From Candidatus Latescibacterota bacterium (GTDB lineage Bacteria > Latescibacterota > UBA2968 > GCA-2709665), in the NCBI GenBank assembly GCA_965205485.1, contig OZ242180.1:4352001-4416000 (forward strand): a DNA stretch of 64,000 nt, given 5' to 3'. The notes beneath the pieces were generated by a model, which saw nothing but the letters and a program-made list of their open reading frames with translations, searched no databases and was not told the DNA's origin. Positions 51,901-57,772 of this stretch are shown in pieces. Positions within the stretch are counted from its first letter, which is position 1; each line of letters opens with the position of its first letter. The translations under genes and the position numbers were made by a program.

Positions 51901-53473
51901 CTTCCTCGATTTCTGCCGGCGTGGCGATCATCTGCACGAGCGCCCTGGCATCGTTCTCCAATATCGTCAATACCCGCTCCGGCGGCGCCGCGACTCCGGT
52001 GTTGCCGGTAACCGTTCCCGCTACGATCACGCTCTTGTGGGTGCCTTCGTACAGCGCGTTGTCCACGGCGGCAATGGTCACCGCGCCCCTGCTGGCGGTT
52101 TCGCCCACGCCGATCAGAAGTTCCCGGTTCAGGCTCAGCGTGAAATCATCCGTCGTCGTGGTCGCGACAGCGGAATCGGGTGACGCGGACACCGTAATCG
52201 TCGCTGCCTGCGACAGCGCCCGGCTCGCCTCCGCGGTAACCGTGCTTATGGCGGCCCCTCCGGACTCGACGAGTCGATCCGGCGACAGGCGCAGGGACAA
52301 CGTGATCGGCCCCGATTCGTCGTCGTCGACGATCTGCAGGGTAACCGGATCGGGTTCGACGACGCCCTGCCCCGTCTCGACGGTTGCCGAAACGATAACG
52401 GTCTCGTCATCCATGTCGGTGTCGTCGTTGGCCGTGATCTCCACCAGTCCCTCGCTCATGAACGAGCCCGGCGGGAACGTCAACGTCTGGCCCGACAACG
52501 TGAAATCCGAAGCCACCGTGGGCGAAGACGCCGTCGCGGAAACGCTCAGCGTCACCTCCTCGGTCTGGGGCCTCGAACGGACCAGACGCGCCCTCACCCT
52601 GCCGGCGCGGCCGTTTTCGAAAATCGGTTCGGGATGCAGTTCCAGGGTGATCTGCGCGAGGTCGTCGTTGCGGATGAATACGTTGTAGGTCGTACCCGGC
52701 GACACGGTCACGCGGGCGTTGTTCACCGTGAAGGTCAGTGTCACGTTCTTGTGCCCCGTCTTGTGGTCGTCCACGGGCACGAAGTTCACAATGTCGCCAG
52801 TCTGCGTCCCCCCGGCCGCGATCGTGATCTCCGGCGGATCCGGATCCAGCGTATAATGATCCGCGGTCGTATTGGCATCGGCAGGCGCCGCCGAGACCGT
52901 CAGCGTCACGTCTGCGCTGATCGACATATTCAGGCTCGCGGATATCTCCAGGGAAGCGTACGCGTCGCCGGCCTCGGAGATGCTCGACAGCAATCCGGAG
53001 ACGTACATCGTCACCGTGGTGACGTCTTCCACCGTGACCGGAAGGTCTTTCGTTACGGACGCGTAGTCCCCGCCGGACACCGTATGGTTCAGTGTCTCGC
53101 TGTCGTCCGTCGCATCGGTGTCTCCGTTCGCGGTGACCGATACCGTCTGTTCGGTATTCCACGTTGAGGGCGTAAACGTCAGACTCGTATTGTTCAGCGA
53201 CAGATCCGTACCCGAGTGACCGCTGATCGTTACCGTGACGTCATCGGTCGGCACCGTGGCCAACATCACCGTGTAGGTGTTCGAAGCTCCCTCCACGACA
53301 GCCAGCGACGTCTCGGACAGGACCAGGTCCTGCGTCTGCGCGCCCGCCCGATCAGCCGCCCCAAGGACCAGGAGCGTGAAGACGGACAGGGCCGTCCGGA
53401 GAATTGAGTTTCCTGATCCGGCGGCGAAAGAATTCCGCGAACCGGGTTGATCTGCGGATGATCTGAGGTTCAC
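42962..53473 (-). CDS. Giant (~3500 aa) autotransporter-like adhesin with Calx-beta/Ig-like repeats
   Basis: Signal region; ~17 Asp/Thr-rich repeats (14 tandem, 318-bp period measured in the core); Calx-beta domains; C-terminal barrel-like region (WTLWGRGA...GIRILGRVIW). Start is GTG 53473 or 53509. Confidence 0.9.
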   Translation of the reverse strand: MNLRSSADQPGSRNSFAAGSGNSILRTALSVFTLLVLGAADRAGAQTQDLVLSETSLAVVEGASNTYTVMLATVPTDDVTVTISGHSGTDLSLNNTSLTFTPSTWNTEQTVSVTANGDTDATDDSETLNHTVSGGDYASVTKDLPVTVEDVTTVTMYVSGLLSSISEAGDAYASLEISASLNMSISADVTLTVSAAPADANTTADHYTLDPDPPEITIAAGGTQTGDIVNFVPVDDHKTGHKNVTLTFTVNNARVTVSPGTTYNVFIRNDDLAQITLELHPEPIFENGRAGRVRARLVRSRPQTEEVTLSVSATASSPTVASDFTLSGQTLTFPPGSFMSEGLVEITANDDTDMDDETVIVSATVETGQGVVEPDPVTLQIVDDDESGPITLSLRLSPDRLVESGGAAISTVTAEASRALSQAATITVSASPDSAVATTTTDDFTLSLNRELLIGVGETASRGAVTIAAVDNALYEGTHKSVIVAGTVTGNTGVAAPPERVLTILENDARALVQMIATPAEIEEDGGVSTISAVSFVPMPETVTFDVRVFGSTLVLSDNIQLTMPAGQTMSTGTVTVTAADIAGTNNTSASVSRTNFSSSSFTVRTTSVMILDDDATGSMLWMLLSPNRLVEGQGQTSTVSAYLTQPLTENVSVSVAIDEDNTSAFADEYALSTNRTLTISAGDTTSTGTVTLSTVDNDYYSHKFGSKVAYTYEVTGPDGLSAAKIQNDWNVVEDESPPEVTLVLTPDAIGEAGGTSTVTAELNSAVRSEVTVTVSTEASGDFTQNGTTLTIAQGSKTSTGMVTLTAMDNDVDALDKQVLVSGALTIADELSFGTIAFPYSRQLAITDDDDADLVLSTQTLPVGEGSSNTFRVELATEPTANVTVNVGTPPGTDVSVSDPTLTFTPTTWNTEQTVTVSAAHDDDAVDDDATLTLEASGGGYGSISKDVDVTVTDDDEPAIVVDPEPLPVDENDDNAYTVRLDTEPTATVTVTIGGHSGTDLSLSRTSLTFTTGNWNTEQTVTVTAGDDDDAVDESETLTHTASGGDYGSVTKDLDVTVTDDDEAAIVLVPEPLPVDENDNKPYTVRLDTEPTVTVTVTISGHSGTDLTLNRTSLTFTTGNWNTEQTVTVTAGDDDDAVDDSETLTHTASGGEYGSVTKDLEVTVTDDDEAAIVLAPTPLPVDENDDNTYTVKLDTEPTATVTVTIGGTADTDLTTDPPNLTFTTGNWNTEQTVTVSAADDDDAVDDSATLTHTASGGDYGSVTKDLPVTVTDDDEPAIVLDPEPLPVGENDDNAYTVKLDTKPTATVTVTIGGHSGTDLSLNETSLTFTTGDWSTEQTVTVSAGDDDDAVDDSEVLTHTASGGDYGSVTKDLDVTVTDDDEPALAIDPPSLGVLEGGDRTYTVALDTEPTAAVTVTISGHSGTDLTPNKTSLTFTTGNWNTEQTVTVSAAEDADAVIDNETLSHTASGGDYASVSKDLPVTVTDNDEAGLSLSSPALEVGEDDDEIYTVALTTLPTATVTVTISGHSGTDLSLNRTSLTFTTGNWNTEQTVTVSAAADDDAVDDSETLAHTASGGDYATVTKDLPVTVTDDDEAAIVIAPEPLPVDENDANAYTVKLASEPTAAVTVTIGGHSGTDLSLNQTSLTFTATTWSTEQTVTVTAADDDDAVNDSETLTHTASGGDYASLTKDLDVTVTDDDEAAIVLVPTPVTVNENDDNTYTVKLDTEPSADVTVTIGLPPGTDVSLNQTSLTFTPTTWSAEQTVTVSAGDDDDAVDDSETLTHAASGGDYGSVTKDLPVTVIDDDEAAIVIEPASLPVDENDDATYTVVLDTRPTATVTVTIGGQAGTDLTTNPPSLTFTTGNWNTERTVTVSAGDDDDAVNDDETLTHTASGGDYGSVTKDLPVTVTDDDEAGLVLAPETLGIRENGASTYRIRLATRPTADVTVAIGGTAGTDLTLDETSLTFTTVTWNTSQPVTASAADDDDAVSEDATISHTANGGDYVSVTADLPVEITDDDAPALVLSPPSLTLMEGEDVTYTVSLATRPTADVTVTIGGTANTDLLLDKTLLTFSTTDWNIDQTVRVSAAADDDSGSDTATLTHTAFGGDYGSVSRDLRVLIADDDEADLVISPPSLTVNEGSSASYRVRLSTLPGGEVTVTVEITSGTDVTLSTKTMRFTPETWNVDQSVSVSAAHDADSSDDSAKLSHTASGANYGSVRKDLPVRVADDDEAALVLSPASLSFGEGTSTAYTVKLSSLPGANVSVTISGGSEADLRLGRNTLAFTNSNWNTPQTVTVTAGHDEDAVNDNGTLVHTASGGNYGSARVDLPVTVIDDDGGGGGGGGGSVAGDIVLEPAPLRVDEGAHEDYTVTLTAPPVSDVTVTVGGAAGTDVSLDKTTLTFGAASWNTPQTVRVSAAHDDDADDDPVTLSHTAAGGGYDTVVRNLAVTVTDDDARDEPAGAEVTVSFAKANYTAAEGGTPARVTVRVMLNADPGRAVTVPLTVDLNGGATPDDFEGVPEAITFGVGQMAESFDVTAVDDDVDDDGESLTIGFGTLPDRVVAGNPVSTEILIVDNDDPMTIVSFASDSYTAREGGAPARVTVRVTLSGDPERDLTVPIRVSMQGGATPDDFEGVPSTVTFGSGEMERSFDVTAVDDDLDDDDESITIGFGTLPDRVIPGKPAEAVIHIEDDDDPVVNVSFDGASHDAAEGGNPARVTVLLSADPEREVTIPVVVAHGGGATATDYHGVPPNVVFNRGETRKRFRVAAVDDDVDDDGETVTLGFGSLPDRVERGRPMNAAVTILDNDERGVTVSTAALAVPEGQAAGYNVVLHSEPTSLVKVDVTETANPDVSVAPVQMTFSPRNWDVPQEFVVRAAHDDDAIVDRATLSHLISGGDYGAVAVPSLAVTVIEDDVPVVTIGNERVTEHAGEMVFTVTLDVQSSEEVIVNYATSNGTAAAGADYARTRGTLRFAPLETRRTVTVPIIDDSVEEDTENFRMILSRSVNATLNGEEAAATGTIDDNDAAIRALEIFLSSVGRMVASDAVEVISRRFDPDRDGRPSLTLGGQPLIMDGNRDRGQRSYSTIYGREIAPPAALGYRIPPDAQTIRALTHLRRTSVWDALSGSDIRVPHRSKGGESGWTLWGRGAMSGFEGAPGTARRMDADAFSSYVGIDYNIRSKALLGLAATYSAGDLNYTHAVSGRTLVPIDFAITTLLPYLHLKPHPRFGLWGMFGAGRGRVELTDAEGGLETDLTLMMGAGGGRQLLTTLGRVGFALKGDAFYVETASDENARLPEVREEAKRVRLLIEARHTHRSGRASRLSQSVEIGGRRDWGRIENGRGVDVGGGIEYIHVDNGVSLSARGRYLVLHEQSDFEEWGASLFLRVSPGQGEQGLMLDVSPVWGAPAETEGTLWLDAPVLALSPGGTPGVRPDRMKVDVGYQLLTPDGEGTVMPYGGWTAGTRGRDSYRIGGRFLLGRAARLDVRGIRQAQGREAAIYGIRILGRVIW

Positions 53474-53702
53474 TTTTTCCTTCCACTCAACGTTGAGACA
53501 AACTGGCACGTTTCCGCCCCGGCGGATCCGGCGGCCGGGGCGTTGACGGGCTGGAAGTCAGCGATAGCCGCGGGGAAGAGCCGCGGTTGGACATAGACAA
53601 TTGCGAGGGCGATGGTAATATGATTTTTAAGTGGCATTTTTCAGCAATTTGCCTTGACGGAAATCTATTCACCATTTAAGTTGACTAATATACAATACGA
53701 TT

Positions 53703-53753
53703 GTGACTTATTAGTGACTTTACGTGTGAATTAAAGTGATTTTATTGTGATTT
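53703..53753. promoter_or_regulatory. Phased direct-repeat array, candidate OmpR/PhoB-family binding site
   Basis: GTGA(C/A/T)TT at 53703, 53714, 53726, 53736 and 53747 (spacing 11, 12, 10, 11) in an AT-rich divergent intergenic region. Confidence 0.6.
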
Positions 53754-53866
53754 TTCGATTTTTCGAAAAAACTCCGCACGACGGGCCTGTAATTCCGCCG
53801 CGGAAGGGATTTGTCTATACCATTCCGGAATGACGCGACGTTCAATCAGCTGAACGTGGAGAGGAC

Positions 53867-55102
53867 ATGGAGACCGAGGAGGGGACTGAAGGCAAAGACC
53901 GGACGCTTCGGACACAGCCTTCGACGGTGAGTGACGCAAGCGTACGGATCAACGAGCGTCTCGACCTGCGAACGCTGATCGACGCGTTGCCGGTTGGCAT
54001 CGTGGCCATCGATGCCCTGGCGGGAACACTGGCATCCGTCAACCGCGAGGCGCACAGGCTCGCCGGCGACCTGCTGACGCCAGGGCAGCCGATGGATCAT
54101 CTCCTGAAGGCGACGACCGTACGACGAAGCGACGGGCGAATGCTTTCGCTCGAGGAACATCCCGTTGCCCGGGCGGCGAGCACCGGCGAATCGATCCGGG
54201 CGACTGTAGTCGAGGTTCAGGTCCCCGGAGGCCGACGGGTAAGTGCATTGATGAACGCCAGACCGGTTCTTGCGGACGACGGCGGGGTCGGGTCGCTTGT
54301 GGTGACACTGCAGGACCTGACGCCCATCGTGGATCTGGTGCGGCTGCACAGCGAACCGGCAGTCGACGCGGATAAGCGGACGACGGGGCGCGAGTCGCCA
54401 TGCATCCTGGTGGTGGACGACGATCTTCAGACGCTGCAAAACGTCCTGGACGTCCTGGCCAACGAAGGATATCGACCCTGCGGGACGGGCAATCCGCACG
54501 ATATACCCGGACTTCTGGAGAAACACCGTCCGGCCCTCGTGCTGCTGGACCTGGTCCTGCCGGGAACAGACGGGGTTGAGGTGATGACCGACGTCATCGC
54601 GGATCCGGACCTTCCGGTCATCTTTCTTTCGGCGTACGCGCACGAGGAAGCGATCGCCCGCGCGCTCGATGCCGGGGCAGCCGACTACGTGGTCAAACCC
54701 TTTGCGCCCGCCGAACTGTCGGCGAGGATCAGGGCAGCGCTGCGCCGCCGGGAGGAGCGGGAATACGCCCCGCCGGAAGAACCGTTCGTGCTGGGATACT
54801 TGAAGATTGACTACGAGAGGCGAGAAGTGACGCTCGCAGGGAGGCCGGTAAATCTGACCCGGCTCGAGTACCGTCTGATGGTGGAGCTGTCGGCCAATGC
54901 GGGGCGTTTGGTGACCAGTGAGCATCTGCTGAGGCGGGTCTGGGACACGCTGGATGCCAGCGACACTCGACGTTTGCGAACAACCGTAAAGAAAATCCGC
55001 CGCAAGCTGGGAGACGACGCGAACAATCCCACCTACATCCTCAACCAGCCGGGACAAGGATATAGACTGGGAGAGTCACTGGACCAGGCCTTCGAATCGT
55101 AA
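53867..55102 (+). CDS. PAS-REC-OmpR winged-helix response regulator
   Basis: PAS (NREAHRL..NARPV), LVVDDD, LLDLVLP, KPF, NQPGQGYRL; GGAGAGG RBS. Confidence 0.9.
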   Translation: METEEGTEGKDRTLRTQPSTVSDASVRINERLDLRTLIDALPVGIVAIDALAGTLASVNREAHRLAGDLLTPGQPMDHLLKATTVRRSDGRMLSLEEHPVARAASTGESIRATVVEVQVPGGRRVSALMNARPVLADDGGVGSLVVTLQDLTPIVDLVRLHSEPAVDADKRTTGRESPCILVVDDDLQTLQNVLDVLANEGYRPCGTGNPHDIPGLLEKHRPALVLLDLVLPGTDGVEVMTDVIADPDLPVIFLSAYAHEEAIARALDAGAADYVVKPFAPAELSARIRAALRRREEREYAPPEEPFVLGYLKIDYERREVTLAGRPVNLTRLEYRLMVELSANAGRLVTSEHLLRRVWDTLDASDTRRLRTTVKKIRRKLGDDANNPTYILNQPGQGYRLGESLDQAFES

Positions 55103-55249
55103 CTTCCGGTGAACTGACGCGCCGCTCCGAAAATGCGCTGGATTCACGAAGGGTCCTTTCCTATATTGTGGACAATTGTGTGGATTGACTGTCGCTGACG
55201 TCTTTTCCCGGTACGGGAGCATCCACCGACCGATCGAGGTCAGAACGCA

Positions 55250-57658
55250 ATGCAAATCGACGAACGGGATCAACAGATCGAAGCCCTCCGCAACCGTCTG
55301 TCCAGGCTGGGCGAGGCCAGCCTTCGCATCAATGAGAGTCTGGAGTTCGACGCTGTATTGCAGGAGGTCCTGGACAGCGCCCGCTCGCTGACCGGCGCCA
55401 GGTACGGTCTGATGGTGCTGCTTGACGACGAGGGACGGGTGCAGGACTGCAAGACGTCGGGCTTATCGCCCATGCAGTCCAGGCGCTTGTGGTTGCGGCC
55501 GGAGAGGCACGGGCTCTTCGAACACTTCATCCGCATAAAGGAGCCGCTGCGGCTTCGAAACCTCCACAGTTACATCAGGTCTGAAGGCCTGCCCGAGTTC
55601 CACCCTCAAATTCCCCTGAGTTCCGCACCAGCGGCGTTGGCAGCGCCGATCCGCTACCGCGGCCAGAGCGTGGGGACATTCAGTCTTTGCGAGAAGGGAG
55701 GGGAGGACGCATTCACGGCGGCGGACGAAGAAACCCTGGTGATGTTTGCCTCACAGGCGGCGCTCGTCATCGCAAACGCACGCCGGCACCGGGACGAGCA
55801 GAAGGCACGGCTCGACCTGGAGACCCTGATCGACACCTCTCCCGTCGGGGTCGTGGTTTTCGACGCCAGGTCCGGTGCGCCGCTGACGTTCAACCGCGAG
55901 GCGAGACGGCTCGTGGGCGCCCTGCTCACACCGGGCCATCCGGAGGAGCAGCTGCTCGAGGTAATGAAGTTCCGGCGCGCCGACGGTCGGGAGGTCTCCC
56001 TGGAAGAGTCCCAGCTCGCCGAGTTACTGGGCTCGGGAGAAACGGTGCGCGCGGAGGAGATCGTCCTCTTCGTACCCGACGGCCGTTCCGTGACGACGCT
56101 GGTCAATGCCACGCCCATCCGTTCCAGGGATGGTGATATCGAATCGGTGGTCGTGACCATTCAGGACATGACGCCCCTGGAGGACCTGGAGCGCCTGCGC
56201 GCCGAGTTCCTGGGTATGGTCAGCCACGAACTCCGGGTCCCGCTGACGTCAATCAAGGGCTCGACCACTGCCCTGCTCGACGATGGGTCGATGCTCGATC
56301 CAGCCGAAGCGCGTCAATTCTACAGGATCATCGACCAGCAGGCGGATCGCATGCGGGACCTTATCAGCGACCTGCTCGACGTGGCCAGAATCGAGACGGG
56401 CTCGCTTGCGATCACGCCGGAGCCGGCAGACGTGGGTGAAATCGTCGATGAGGCAAGGAATACCTTCCTGCGCGGCGGCGACGCGCGCGCCATAGAAATC
56501 AACCTGGCGCCGGACCTGCCCTGGGTGATGGTGGACAGGCGTCGCATCGTCCAGGTGCTGGACAATCTCCTTTTCAATGCCGCCAGGTACTCGGACGCGT
56601 CATCGCCGATCCGGTTGGGCGCGGTACGTGAAGACTTCCACGTTTACATTTCAGTTGCCGACGAAGGCAAGGGCCTGACCGAGGATCTCCTGCCGCAACT
56701 CTTCAGGAAGTTCTCGCGAGTCGACAGCAACAACGATGAGAGGGTCACCCAGGGCACGGGACTGGGTCTTGCCATCTGCAAGGGTATCGTCGAAGCCCAC
56801 GGCGGAAGAGTATGGGCAGAAAGCGACGGTCCGGGCCTTGGTACGAAGGTCACGTTCACGGTGCCCGTTGCGGAGAAAATCCCGTCGTCCGCCGTCCGCA
56901 CCCCGGCACGTTCGGGTGAGCATGCGCGCGATACCGAAAGTCACAGCGGCACAATCCTCGCGGTGGATGACGACCCTCAGACATTGAGGTCCGTTCGCGA
57001 AATCCTTACACGAGCGGGATACGAAGCGGTTGTTACGGGGGACCCCGGCGAAGTTGCGGAACTGATCGAATCGCGCGAGCCTCGCCTGGTTCTCCTGGAC
57101 CTCGTACTGCCTGGCAAAGACGGATTTGAACTGATGAAAGATATTCTCGAGATCGACAGGATCCCGGTTATCTTTCTGTCCGGATACGGCCAACAGGAAA
57201 ACGTCGAGCGGGCCTTCGCATTGGGCGCGTCCGATTATATCGTAAAGCCCTTTTCTCCGACGGAGCTCGTCGTACGAATCAAGGCGGCGCTGCGCACGGA
57301 AGAAGGCGAGGAACGTAAAGACCCTGAAGAACCATGCGTATTGCAGGACCTGACCGTCAATTTCGAGGATCGGAGCGTGACCGTGGGTGGACGCCGCGTG
57401 GAATTGACCGCACACGAATATGAGTTGCTGTATGAGCTCTGTGTCAGCCCCGGTCGGGTGGTGACGCACAAGGCGCTGCTGCGTCGAATCTGGGGCAGGA
57501 AACGCGGCGACCTGCGGCGCGTCCGTACCCTGGTCAAGAGGCTGCGTAGAAAGCTGGGCGACGACGCCGACGAACCGCGCTACATTTTCACCGAGCACGG
57601 GGTGGGGTATCGTATCGGCAGGCAGGAGGGTACGGAAACGGCGTCCACGGAAACGTAA
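55250..57658 (+). CDS. Soluble hybrid GAF-PAS-histidine kinase-REC-OmpR winged-helix regulator (intact)
   Basis: SHELRVPLT H-box, N/G boxes (NLLFNAARY, DEGKG, GTGLGLAIC), REC, wHTH TEHGVGYR; no TM segment seen. Confidence 0.93.
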   Translation: MQIDERDQQIEALRNRLSRLGEASLRINESLEFDAVLQEVLDSARSLTGARYGLMVLLDDEGRVQDCKTSGLSPMQSRRLWLRPERHGLFEHFIRIKEPLRLRNLHSYIRSEGLPEFHPQIPLSSAPAALAAPIRYRGQSVGTFSLCEKGGEDAFTAADEETLVMFASQAALVIANARRHRDEQKARLDLETLIDTSPVGVVVFDARSGAPLTFNREARRLVGALLTPGHPEEQLLEVMKFRRADGREVSLEESQLAELLGSGETVRAEEIVLFVPDGRSVTTLVNATPIRSRDGDIESVVVTIQDMTPLEDLERLRAEFLGMVSHELRVPLTSIKGSTTALLDDGSMLDPAEARQFYRIIDQQADRMRDLISDLLDVARIETGSLAITPEPADVGEIVDEARNTFLRGGDARAIEINLAPDLPWVMVDRRRIVQVLDNLLFNAARYSDASSPIRLGAVREDFHVYISVADEGKGLTEDLLPQLFRKFSRVDSNNDERVTQGTGLGLAICKGIVEAHGGRVWAESDGPGLGTKVTFTVPVAEKIPSSAVRTPARSGEHARDTESHSGTILAVDDDPQTLRSVREILTRAGYEAVVTGDPGEVAELIESREPRLVLLDLVLPGKDGFELMKDILEIDRIPVIFLSGYGQQENVERAFALGASDYIVKPFSPTELVVRIKAALRTEEGEERKDPEEPCVLQDLTVNFEDRSVTVGGRRVELTAHEYELLYELCVSPGRVVTHKALLRRIWGRKRGDLRRVRTLVKRLRRKLGDDADEPRYIFTEHGVGYRIGRQEGTETASTET

Positions 57659-57772
57659 ACAGAGAGGCGGGCGTCCACAAGGGACGCCCCGGCACAGGCA
57701 GCGGAGCCGGGGAAGAGGTACATCGAATTGGCAGTTCGCAGCACGGTAGGTGTGTCGCATAATGCGCCGCGG

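Noticed and set aside
44702..52688. Long plus-strand ORFs (738, 578, 415 aa and others) opposite the adhesin; similar ones at 6900-8426, 39087-40760 and 62082-63581
   Set aside because: Antisense shadows of GC-rich or repetitive coding sequence; Arg/His-rich and without motifs.
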